A DNA stretch of 64,000 nt from Histomonas meleagridis 2922-C6/04-290x. Its lineage: Eukaryota > Protista > Parabasalia. Numbering within the stretch: position 1 is the stretch's first letter; the number at the start of each line of letters is the position of its first letter. Below the pieces are notes generated by a model. It did no database searches, was not told the origin of the DNA, and saw only the letters and a list, made by a program, of their open reading frames with translations. Position numbers and translations under genes: made by a program. The stretch spans positions 310,001 through 374,000 of the forward strand of contig JAANOX010000083.1 in the NCBI GenBank assembly GCA_020184695.1. Reading direction: 5' to 3'. Of the stretch, positions 33,979-44,079 are shown in pieces.

Positions 33979-34160
33979 GGTACTATCTTACGACCGTGGG
34001 AAATTTGGATACTACCTTTTCAGGAAGTGCGAGCCCCATTCAATTATTATGGAGAATTTGATTTAGATGTTATTTGCATTCAAAAATTGGCTCTCAATTT
34101 GTTTCCTGAAGAAATATTTTCATTCAATTTCATTATACATTATTTACGATTTTCGCATAA

Positions 34161-35433
34161 GGGGTGACAATCACGTCAGACGATCATATCATATTCATTT
34201 TCGATCAACGATAAAGACACTTTTCCCATAAAAAGTCGAAAAATTCTATGAACACCGATTATTTAAAATTCGAATAACCGTATTTTCATTCAATATTTGA
34301 ATATATGTCTATGTAGACTTTTCAATATTATTTTACGAACCTCACTTCGAATTCAAAAAATTGTGAGCAAAACGATGAACTTTAACGGTTGTGAGAAGGA
34401 TGTAAATCATTCAAAAAGTTTGATACATAGAAAAAGTGAAAAACACGATGAACAAAAGATGTACGATGTGTTGCATATAAACAGATTTTTCACAAAATTT
34501 AAATGGTAATATAATATTATTAAGTTTTCCATCATTATATGTTTAAATTACACTCAGAGTGAAAATTTAGCAATAAAAAAAAATTTAAAGACAAAAAATA
34601 GACACATAGATCGACATTTTATTTTAAAAAGTGAAATTGATAAATTCAAAGACAAATCAACAAAAATGGAGATAAAAGATTGAATTCAATCCAATTAATT
34701 TTCGTATTTTCAAACAAAAATAGTTTTAATAAAAAAACAGGATTTATTTTACTTTTTTAGATAGGGTCAATCTATTTTCGCCAACAAAACTAATGATTGT
34801 GAGGATATCACGAATTTGAACTGGATAATTATTTTTCCTTTTTGTGCTTTTTTGAATCGAATTTTGATATAAAACATCAAATAGTTTGTTGGTTGTTGTT
34901 CTTAAAATTAATAATTCTTTTTGTTTTTTGTTTAATTCTTCGATTTGATTATTAGAATTCTTTAAATTTAATAACAATTGGTGATTTTCTTTTTTCAGTA
35001 TGCAAATTTGCATTTTCAATCGATTATAATCGTCAAAATAATTTTCAATGGACTGTTTTATTTTGGAATCGAAAATAAATTATTTAAAAAAAATTGTTTC
35101 ACCTGTTCGATTTTGGCGTTTACTGAATTAAAATGTGTATTTGCACTTCGAAGCTGAGACACCAATAAATGTAATTTGTTGTTCTCTTGTAAAAGTGCCT
35201 GATTCTTTTGATTCAAAAAATTTAAATGTTCATTTGAACATCGAATTTCATTCAAAAGCTCATGAATTTTTGAAGCATGACTTTCGAGAATTGAGTTCTG
35301 TTTTCTGTATATGTTTTGGTACTTGAATCTTCTTTCTAGAAGCTTCCATATTGATAAAATACAATTGATTTTAATTGACTAGTTAATGAAAAGTGCAACT
35401 TGATCGTTTTTTATTCAAATGGATTGTCACCCC
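34161..35433 (-). mobile_element. Unclassified, internally deleted DNA element with 12-bp TIRs (GGGGTGACAATC)
   Basis: GGGGTGACAATC at 34161-34172 and GATTGTCACCCC at 35422-35433. Inside, a broken minus-strand ORF (ATG ~35349; coiled coil, then KRKNNYPVQIRDILTIISFVGEN) stops abruptly. No clear TSD. Confidence 0.55.
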
Positions 35434-35547
35434 CTCTATTTTCGCCATGTTTTTTTTGAATAAAAATAAAATTTGGGAAAATGGTGTGGAATGAATTGTA
35501 ATATTTCATTTTTTGCTTTTTGATTTTTTTCGTTTTATGGTAATTTA

Positions 35548-35805
35548 TATTTATATGTGCTTATTTTCACTGACTGTATTTGTTCTCACTTATATTTGTT
35601 AATTTCATTGTTTTATGTTAATTCTCACTTATAAGTACTAATTTACATTTGTACTTATTTATTTTCACTTATATGTGCTTGTTCTATTTTATATCTGCTT
35701 ATTCTTACTTATATGTGTTAATTCTCACATATATGTGTTTATTTCATTGTTTTATGATAATTTTCACTTATATGTGCTAATTCTCACCTATATGTGTTTC
35801 TTTTC
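35548..35805. repeat. Degenerate ~20-nt minisatellite (consensus ~ATTCTCACTTATATGTGYTW), about 12-13 copies
   Basis: Recurring cacttatatgtg / ctcacatatatgtg / ctcacctatatgtg at ~20-nt spacing. Confidence 0.75.
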
Positions 35806-36619
35806 ATCATTTTATGTACCAACATTTGCTCAAATCATTCAAATATAATTTGGCAAATATATAATTTGAACTACTTTCATTTGATATAAATAATACATAG
35901 TGAACATGGGATTTAGTTAAAGATGAATTCAAACTCATTCTGATATCAAAAATGAAGCTCACATCATTAATTATATTCAAAAAGTTTACGAACCAATGTT
36001 TACATTTCAATGAGCAATTGATTTAATTATTTCCATTTAACCTCCACATAACATTGTATATTTTTTTTTTTATTTTAATTGCTATTATGATCGTCGTAAA
36101 GATTAAATTATATTAAATTTTAAACGAATAAAACTTAATTAATATCTAGAACATGACAATTCATAAAAATTTATATGCGAAGCAATAGATATTATTGATC
36201 AATTTATAAAATATTAATTAAGTCAAAAATGAATTTCGATGTAAAATCAATATAAAATTTGTGTTGTAATACAGAGACGATTAAATATTTTACAATATTA
36301 TAATTCTCAATCGTAATTTAGTTTAATATATGATGATTGTTTTTTTTTTTTTTTTGATTCATTTTAATTAATGCAATGTCGATAACTTGCTATTTGATAA
36401 AATCTGTTTCAGCATCTTTGCCAAATTTTATTTTTTTTCAAAAAACATGTCGAAAATCGTGAATATATATATTCATAAAGAAATTGAATTGGCATATTTT
36501 TTCAGAAAACGAATTGAGAGCCAATTTTTGAATGCAGATTACACCTCATTCAAATTCTTCATTACGATTGAATGAAGTCTCCACTTTTTGAATACTACCC
36601 CTTCAAATATCTCACGGTT

Positions 36620-38770
36620 GTAGGACAGTACATATATAAAAACAACTTTTTAATAGGCCACAAAATGGTTGTTAATAAAAGGTTAACTGTTATAATACCT
36701 ACTTTTAACATATGTAATGTAATGTAAAAATGAACTGCTATATAGGGGGTGGAAAAAGTGCGTTCGTCAGCCTTTTTTTCAATGAATAAAAAAGTAAAAT
36801 AATTGGGCAATCGCTAAAAAATACGATTCACTTTTTGTGAAGAATATGATCGTATATACATTCAAATTTGTATTTCGGTTCGAATTTCGATTAAAAAAAT
36901 TGTCATTGTAAAGTTATTAAATATTCACATTTTTTGATTGATTTATAATCGTCTTTATCTCATTTTGTCATCAATGAAAGATCAAAGCTTTTTGACGCCA
37001 ATAAATATTATCGATGCAAAAAACTCGATAGTACAGCAATGAATTTACTCGATTTATTAGTAACGCGAGTTACCCACAGTGTTAATTCAAAACCTAACCA
37101 TAGAAAGCAAAATTCACTCACAACTTTACAACGAGCACAAGTTAAAGAAGCCACAATGCAAGGAGTGACATCAGAAAAAATTCGATTAAATATGAATCTT
37201 TTATGCACTAAAGATGTCTTATATGGCGCTAGAAGATCAATTTTAAAGAATGAAAGAATTAATGAAATGGAAAACTTACGAAAAGAAATGAATCTATGGA
37301 AAAATTGAAAAAGTATCATGTTAATTGATAATAAAGTATTTAGCGGATGCTATGTTCATCATCTTCCGATATGTTTGAGCCCAATTTCCAACGATATATG
37401 TATTGTAGACGATACATCTTGCACTAATTATTAAGGACTTACTTTATTAGTGATGCTATGTGAAGATGAAAATGGAAGAAATCAAGTTCTATCATTTTCC
37501 TTCATTGAAAATCGAAATCAAAATGTTAATGTTGTTGTAAACCCTTATGAAGTTAGATATCCTGATCTTAACGATGATAAAAATAATAATGAGTCGCAGA
37601 CAAGTAATATTCAAAGATGACGTATAGAAACAGCTAATGAATTAAATAATCATATCCATCAAATTATACATAATAAGAATAATCTTATTCAAGCATTAAT
37701 TTTGATAATAGATATTATTGAAAACAATTCTTTAATTTTAAGCAAGTATGTTATTGTTGAAAAAAATAAACTAATCGAATTAATTCAATCATTATGTGAT
37801 ACTGATGAAATATAATTATAAAAAACAAATACTGATAGTCATTGTTGTAAAGCAATATTTATGATTATGTTAGTAAAAAATATGACATCGAATTTAAAAT
37901 ATATTTATAGTGATGTAGTAATATTTTTTACACAAAGAAGAATTAGTTTGAAGTTTGTTGAATCAGGAGAAATTACTTATAAAATATTTTAATAAGATTT
38001 AATTTAATAAAAATAATTTTTTCTTATTAAATGGTAAGGCGTTTGAATGCAAGTAATGTAAGATATCTTCTTAATGAGTATGGATATATCTTATAAATAG
38101 ATTTCCAATACAAGAATACTACTACGAAGTATAGAGTTTATGATGAGCATAATAAAAGATATGTAATGCTGAATTATAAAAAATTGCTTAATAAAATCAA
38201 GGATGATAGTGATGAATATGATGAATTCAACGACGGTTCAATGAATATACCTATCAATAATAAAGAACTTCAAGAAAATGATCCATCAAGTCGATCTGTT
38301 ATATATAATAATGAGTTATCTGAAAACAATAAATCGATAAATCTAACATTAGTATATAACTCAACAAAAGAACTTACGAAAAAAATAGTTCGAATGAAAG
38401 ATTTTACATTAAATGTGATAAAAGCAGATAAAAATAACATATTAGCTCCGTTATGTTATTCTCTAAAAAATGCTGGTTTCAAAATGAATAAGGATATCGA
38501 ATTTACTGTAAAATATGATAACGATAGAATACTTTATTGCAATTATTTCTTTATTATGATGACTTCTATATCATTATGATGATTTTATTATGATGTATTG
38601 TTGTAATGTAAGTAATTCATCACTACTTCTTTATAACTTTCACTTCTATAGCAGTTTATTTTTACATTACATTACATTACATATGTGACAAGGGGGTTTT
38701 TTAACAGTTAACCTTTTATTAACGGCCATTTTGTGGCCTATTATAATATTGTTTTTCTATAAGTAATGAC
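36620..38770 (+). mobile_element. Degenerate Mutator-like element (MULE) with long imperfect TIRs
   Basis: ~110-120-bp inverted repeats at ~36635-36745 and ~38645-38765 (shared taataggccacaaaatgg..gttaataaaaggttaactgtt ... tatgtaatgtaatgtaaaaat.aactgcta). The interior encodes ICIVDDTSCTNYY...LLVMLCEDENGRNQVLSFSFI, a MULE transposase motif (D.T..TN.Y...D.NG..Q...F), with stops. Confidence 0.75.
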
Positions 38771-38817
38771 TTTTAACATTACATCCTTGTAAAGTATTAA
38801 TTCTCTATCAAATTGAG

Positions 38818-39253
38818 TTTTATAATGAATGTCTTATAACAATATACAACGAAGGGGACCATGGGCATAGCCCTAAGGGCTCATGTAGTTGTGCTGTTTG
38901 TGTGTTGTTGGACAAGATATCATGAAGATAATTAATTTGTAGAAGAAATCATAAAAGCATTTGACAATGGTGTTAAATTAATTGAAATTAAAAATCAAAC
39001 AGATATCCATTCATACGTTTTTATCAAAATGGAAGAAGGAGTATAAAGATGACAAACGTTATCGCACTGGGAAACAATATGGTGCTTGGAGATAAAGATT
39101 TACTCAAGAGCAAGAGGAAGCTGTTACAGATTTTCTAAGAACACAATATATTCTTACAGGATTAGTTATTAAGAGAAAACGGCTTTTAAATTTATTTATG
39201 GAATTTTGGAAATCGATAAATAGGAAAAATATTGATACATCTTTTTCATATCA
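38818..39253 (+). mobile_element. Inverted near-identical copy of the 5' end of the pogo-like remnant (matches 33978-33544)
   Basis: Direct reverse-complement match over ~435 bp with only a handful of differences. Confidence 0.9.
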
Positions 39254-40613
39254 TTTTGTGTACAACGCTTTTTTTAAACCTGTGGGTAAAAGAAACTTTC
39301 TTCATTTGAATGATCAACCATGGTTGCGATCATAACCCGTTATTAGACACGTTTACAAAGAAATGTAATCTATGGTAAAACTGTGTAATAATCAATTTTT
39401 ATTCTTAAACAATTCTTCAACAATTGTTAGACTTGGTACAATTGTCAGTTTTGAATAAACCAATACATATATCTAAGATTTGATGTTAAAACAGTAGAAC
39501 CGTCATGACGGCGGTGAAACGTAAAATTCTAATAATTCCAAACATCTAATCCTGACTATTTCAATTGATTGATTGAACTTGATTCAAATCTTCCCAATAC
39601 ATTTAATATTATTGCATGCAAATTAGTATTTAATGCATTTTCATCACAAAGAAATACATTTGATATTTACATAAATTTTTTAAAAACACTTCAAAAAAAA
39701 GAAGAAGAAATTAATCAAAATATAGGTAATCTAATATCAATTTTTATTAAGTATATATCTGGAATCACTATACAAGAACCTTATTATATGATAGCACAAA
39801 TGATTCAACAAAATTTAATTGATTCAAATATCACTAAAAAAATTCAATCATTATATTTTACACATTATAAAACAGAAGAAGAAAACAAAAAACAGATTAA
39901 TAGAGTTGATCCATTTGAATATACTTTTTTCAAAAATTATGAAGAATTATCATAGAATGATTGGGAGCTTCATAAACAATTAATTAAAGAAGGACATAAT
40001 CCAAATGAAATTGAAAAATTATTCGAAATGATGAAATCGAAAAACTTCAAGAATTATTATCACAAAATGATTTTAATTTTGATCAATTCATTGAACCATC
40101 ACTTTAATGAAAGATGTTCTTTTGTAAATCAATATTATTTATCATTAATTGTTTGTGCAGCATTCTTTTCTTCAGTTAAATGTTTTAAATATTTACTTAT
40201 GAATGGTTGGTAAAATCATTCATTTGTGTTAACAAAATCATTCATCATTTAAAGATGCATATGAAACAGCAATAAAATTTTATCAAAATGATATCTTTAA
40301 ATATATTTATGATAATAAATTAGAAAAAATACAATCAAAGCCAAAAACGCCTAAAGTCACACATTATTTGATAGATCTTTGTATTCAAAAAGATAATTAT
40401 GATATTTTAGCATTTTTGGAAGAAAAAGGTATGAATGTTAATGCTTGTAATATAAATGCATCAGCAAGAAATGGAAATTTATATCTAGTTAAGTATTTCC
40501 TTCAAAATAATCAAATTCCAAAAGATATTTTGACATTTGCTTCAGAATCAGGAAATGTTGAACTTGTAAAATATGATTTAGAGCAAAAAGGAATTGATGT
40601 TAATGCAAGAGAT

Positions 40614-40673
40614 ATTCATTTTAATATTTTCTAATATGTATTAAAAATTTGGAATATGTTTTAATAATTTGAG
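40614..40673 (+). other. Spacer/codon array 4: 3 x (17 nt + codon) giving L, G, E
   Basis: attcattttaatatttt|CTA|atatgtattaaaaattt|GGA|atatgttttaataattt|GAG, between AGA GAT and ACA GCA CTT. Confidence 0.8.
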
Positions 40674-40763
40674 ACAGCACTTCATATAGCAGTTAGAAAT
40701 AATAATATAGAAATAGTAAAATTACTTTTAGATATAGAATGAATTGATGTTAATGCAAAAAAT

Positions 40764-40823
40764 ATTCATTTTAATAATTTAAAATATGTTTTAATAATTT
40801 GAAATTTATTTTAATAATATTTG
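40764..40823 (+). other. Spacer/codon array 5: 3 x (17 nt + codon) giving K, E, L
   Basis: attcattttaataattt|AAA|atatgttttaataattt|GAA|atttattttaataatat|TTG, between AAA AAT and ACA GTA. GAA sits at the Gly slot, one change from GGA. Confidence 0.7.
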
Positions 40824-41561
40824 ACAGTAATATTATGGTTATACCATAATAGAAGATTTCCTTCGTGATAAAGTGGCTTGTTTAAATTTCTGGAAAAAAA
40901 AATATTTTTGGAGCAATTACACAATAATTAAAATAATAATAAAAATATGATGCATAACAAATAGAAGGATTTCAACGAAATTTCATTTTATCTTCATTCT
41001 TGACAAAGAAACCGTTAATTCAGAGGTGCACCCCATTTCATGCTTACAATCAGAACGGTTTATTATCCAAAGCAAACGATAATATTGAATTCAAAGCATT
41101 GAATTTTTGAACTTTGATCTCCGCCAAGTAGGACACCAAAAATGAAAATTTTCATTTGTGACTTGTTAGTAACATTAATGAATAATATAAGAAAATTATA
41201 ATTGGCTATGTCCAAATAAAACAAGAATACTTTTTTTTCAAAAATGATTTATAAATCATTTAAAGATATAATTATAAATTTTTACATTCAATGAATGTAA
41301 CAACATTTTACGGTATTAAAAAAATTCAACCTTATTGGAAAATACTAATATACTTGCCTAAATGGTTTGGATAAATATATCAATTAATCAAATGATTTGA
41401 TTTTCTTTGGTTACGTCGTTTTATCATTTTTTTCTTAATAAAAACATTCAAAATTTGTTACAAGGAGTTTCCTGTGTAAGGAATTCCACGAGAATATTAC
41501 TTTTGTCAACGTCAATCTACGACTTTTCTGTACTTTACAGGAAGTTAGTCAAAGGTTAGCA

Positions 41562-43760
41562 ATGAGCCCCAAAGTTTATTATGAGTATGTATCCAAAAAT
41601 GGGAAGAAGTACTATGTTGAAACAGACTCTAAAAACACAACATTTGAATTTCCAGCGGATTCCATAATTTTTGATCCTAAAACAAAGTCAATCATTTATC
41701 AACCACCAGGGAACCAAGCATTATTAGAATCTGCTTTTGGGAACAATGCATATTCAGCTCGGAAACGAGATTCATTATCTGTTGTTTCCCCTAATTCATT
41801 AAATGATAATCCCATTATTGATGATATGCAATACATACCACCACCTCTTTCTTCATCAAGCTTTTATGAAAGTAATGATGACGATTTAAGGACCAACCCT
41901 TCAGTCAAGGATTCACAAAGTGAAAGTTCCCTCGTGTATGAATCTGAATCCTTTGATGGTGTTTATAGTTCAACATCAGAAGAACCTAGTTTAGTCAATT
42001 ATTCTAGTTCCAATCTTTCCAAAAACTCACTCAATAGCAAAAGTTCTGTAAAGTTTAATCTTCAGTCAAATGATGGTGTTTTCAAGCGAAGCATATCACA
42101 ACTTCCAAATCCTTTATCATCTGATTCAGATAATTCAATTATTAATAATACCAAGTCAATGCCACAAAAGATATTTCCACTTCTTCAACATGGTTCTCTT
42201 CAACATCCACATACTAACGATGACAGTGATGGTTCAGCTGTTAGTTTATTTACTGATTCACGACAACGTCAACCAATTATGCGAATGAACAATATTAAGA
42301 CTAATGACTTTCTTGCTAATCCTACACCACGTCCGAATATGCTTATGTCCAATCGCCCTAAGAAAAAGGTTCATCGACAAACCTTTATGGCTCCATCGAA
42401 TGTTTTAATTCAAATTGAGCAAGAAAATCTTAAAGCGAATTCACGTAATCATAATAGTACATATCGTCGCTCATTTCTTAAGTCACAAACACATCAAATT
42501 ATTTCTCCATTAACAAATCAAGAAATATTATATGATGAATTTAATAGTGATAAAAACAATGTTATCTCATCAATGGCACAATATAAAATTGTTGAATTTG
42601 CAAAGAAACAATTTCGTCAACATAAACGAAGTAGTGCAATTTCACGGAAGTTTATACCAATTGAAGATTTAGTCTCATTTTCATTTAAACCATTACATAA
42701 GCCATTATTAAAAGTTATACCAAATAATCTTAAAAAACAAGGAGCAGCATTATTTGAAATGATATTACAATATACAGGTGTTAAAGAATGTGCAAATCCA
42801 ATATCACTTGTTAATCATGCAATTTCTACATTAACGAAATATCCTGTTTTAATTGATGAATTATTTTTCCAACTTGTAAAACAAACTACAAATAGTTTTA
42901 ATTCAGAACGATTAATGAAGACGTGGGAATTATTTTTAATATTTTCATGTATATTCCCTGTCAGTCCATTTTTTCATATGCAAATACTTGCACATATCGG
43001 TCGAAATACATTTCATGAAGATCCTAAAATAGCCGAAATATCTTTATGTACTTATATATACTTTGAATCACGATTTTATGTTGGTGAACGTATGAAAAAA
43101 GTTGGCAAATCAACTGTTAAGAAAATATTATCAAATATTAATGGCGGAACTGAATTATTTAATGTAACTCTTTACGTATTATTATGGAGTCAACGTAAAA
43201 GTTATCCGAAATTACCAATACCTTATATCGAATATTCAATCATACAAACATTATTACATAAAAACGCTAAATCTGCAAAAGATATATTTATTAAACCTGG
43301 TAACCAAGCTGTAGTAGAAGCAATGATTAAACAAGAACAAGCTACATATGACTTAATCAAAAATAGTAATGTATATGATATAGCTTCCCTTTTAATCCAA
43401 TGGATAAAACTTTTGCCAAACTCTTTGATCCCAATTTTCTTGTTGGATGACTTTAAGATAATGTGCGAAAGTGAAAAATATTTCGAATTCTTAGATAAGT
43501 TACCTCAGGCACATTACTTGTCACTAATGTATTTCGTGGGTTTCTTACAGGAATTAACAGCTCATTCAGATGAAAATGGAACTTCGCCACAGTTCTTTTC
43601 GACGTTGTTCGGGCCGTACTTGGTTCAGTCGGCAGCAAGATTCAAGTCACCAACAGTGGTGGAAACATTGAATGCTTTGGCAATTCAATTCATGTTCCAA
43701 TTGATTCAATCTTGGGAAACAAATTTGATTTACCCTTTAAATCCTTTGTATTTGGTTTAA
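41562..43760 (+). CDS. WW-like/MyTH4/RhoGAP-domain protein (ARHGAP39-like architecture)
   Basis: N-terminal WW-like YYEYVSKNGKKYYVETDSKNTTFEFP, Ser-rich linker, MyTH4 (LIDELFFQLVKQTT..WELFLIFSCIFP), C-terminal RhoGAP fold (IASLL.QW..LLPNSLIP). Confidence 0.8.
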   Translation: MSPKVYYEYVSKNGKKYYVETDSKNTTFEFPADSIIFDPKTKSIIYQPPGNQALLESAFGNNAYSARKRDSLSVVSPNSLNDNPIIDDMQYIPPPLSSSSFYESNDDDLRTNPSVKDSQSESSLVYESESFDGVYSSTSEEPSLVNYSSSNLSKNSLNSKSSVKFNLQSNDGVFKRSISQLPNPLSSDSDNSIINNTKSMPQKIFPLLQHGSLQHPHTNDDSDGSAVSLFTDSRQRQPIMRMNNIKTNDFLANPTPRPNMLMSNRPKKKVHRQTFMAPSNVLIQIEQENLKANSRNHNSTYRRSFLKSQTHQIISPLTNQEILYDEFNSDKNNVISSMAQYKIVEFAKKQFRQHKRSSAISRKFIPIEDLVSFSFKPLHKPLLKVIPNNLKKQGAALFEMILQYTGVKECANPISLVNHAISTLTKYPVLIDELFFQLVKQTTNSFNSERLMKTWELFLIFSCIFPVSPFFHMQILAHIGRNTFHEDPKIAEISLCTYIYFESRFYVGERMKKVGKSTVKKILSNINGGTELFNVTLYVLLWSQRKSYPKLPIPYIEYSIIQTLLHKNAKSAKDIFIKPGNQAVVEAMIKQEQATYDLIKNSNVYDIASLLIQWIKLLPNSLIPIFLLDDFKIMCESEKYFEFLDKLPQAHYLSLMYFVGFLQELTAHSDENGTSPQFFSTLFGPYLVQSAARFKSPTVVETLNALAIQFMFQLIQSWETNLIYPLNPLYLV

Positions 43761-44060
43761 AAAAATGTTCAAATCGAATTGCGACAAATGGTTTTTATGT
43801 CTAAAATTGAAAATGAAAAAACGTTTTTTGTTGTGAAAAAGTTTTTGTTTGAATTGAAAATGATCGTAAATTGGCGAATTTTAAACATGAGACAACTGAA
43901 GCAATTTGACGTAGTGGACATAGTAAATGAACAGGAAACGGTCGTTATTTTGAAATTCCTGTCTGTTTACAATAAAGATTTAGATTTGAATTGCTTGTTA
44001 ACAAATTAATAGCTATATTATCAAGTTGGAGGTTTTCGATCATTTTGGATACAAATGAAA

Positions 44061-44068
44061 GGCCGTTA
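44061..44068 (+). promoter_or_regulatory. M3-like motif (GGCCGTTA)
   Basis: RRCSGTTD match ending 11 nt before ATG 44080. Confidence 0.4.
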
Positions 44069-44079
44069 ATTAAAAAAAA

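Larger units (their letters stand above)
39555..40840 (+). pseudogene. 5'-truncated, frameshifted ankyrin-repeat gene paralogous to 5795-7400, carrying two spacer/codon arrays
   Basis: Fragments IELDSN..., NDWELHKQLIKEGHNPNEI, AAFFSSVKCFKYLLMNG, SESGNVELVKY..EQKGIDVNARD, TALHIAVRNNNIEIVKLLL; stops and frameshifts throughout. Confidence 0.8.

Noticed and set aside
35548-35805. Minisatellite as donor or template for the ankyrin 20-nt units
   Set aside because: Same period but no sequence similarity to the spacer consensus on either strand.
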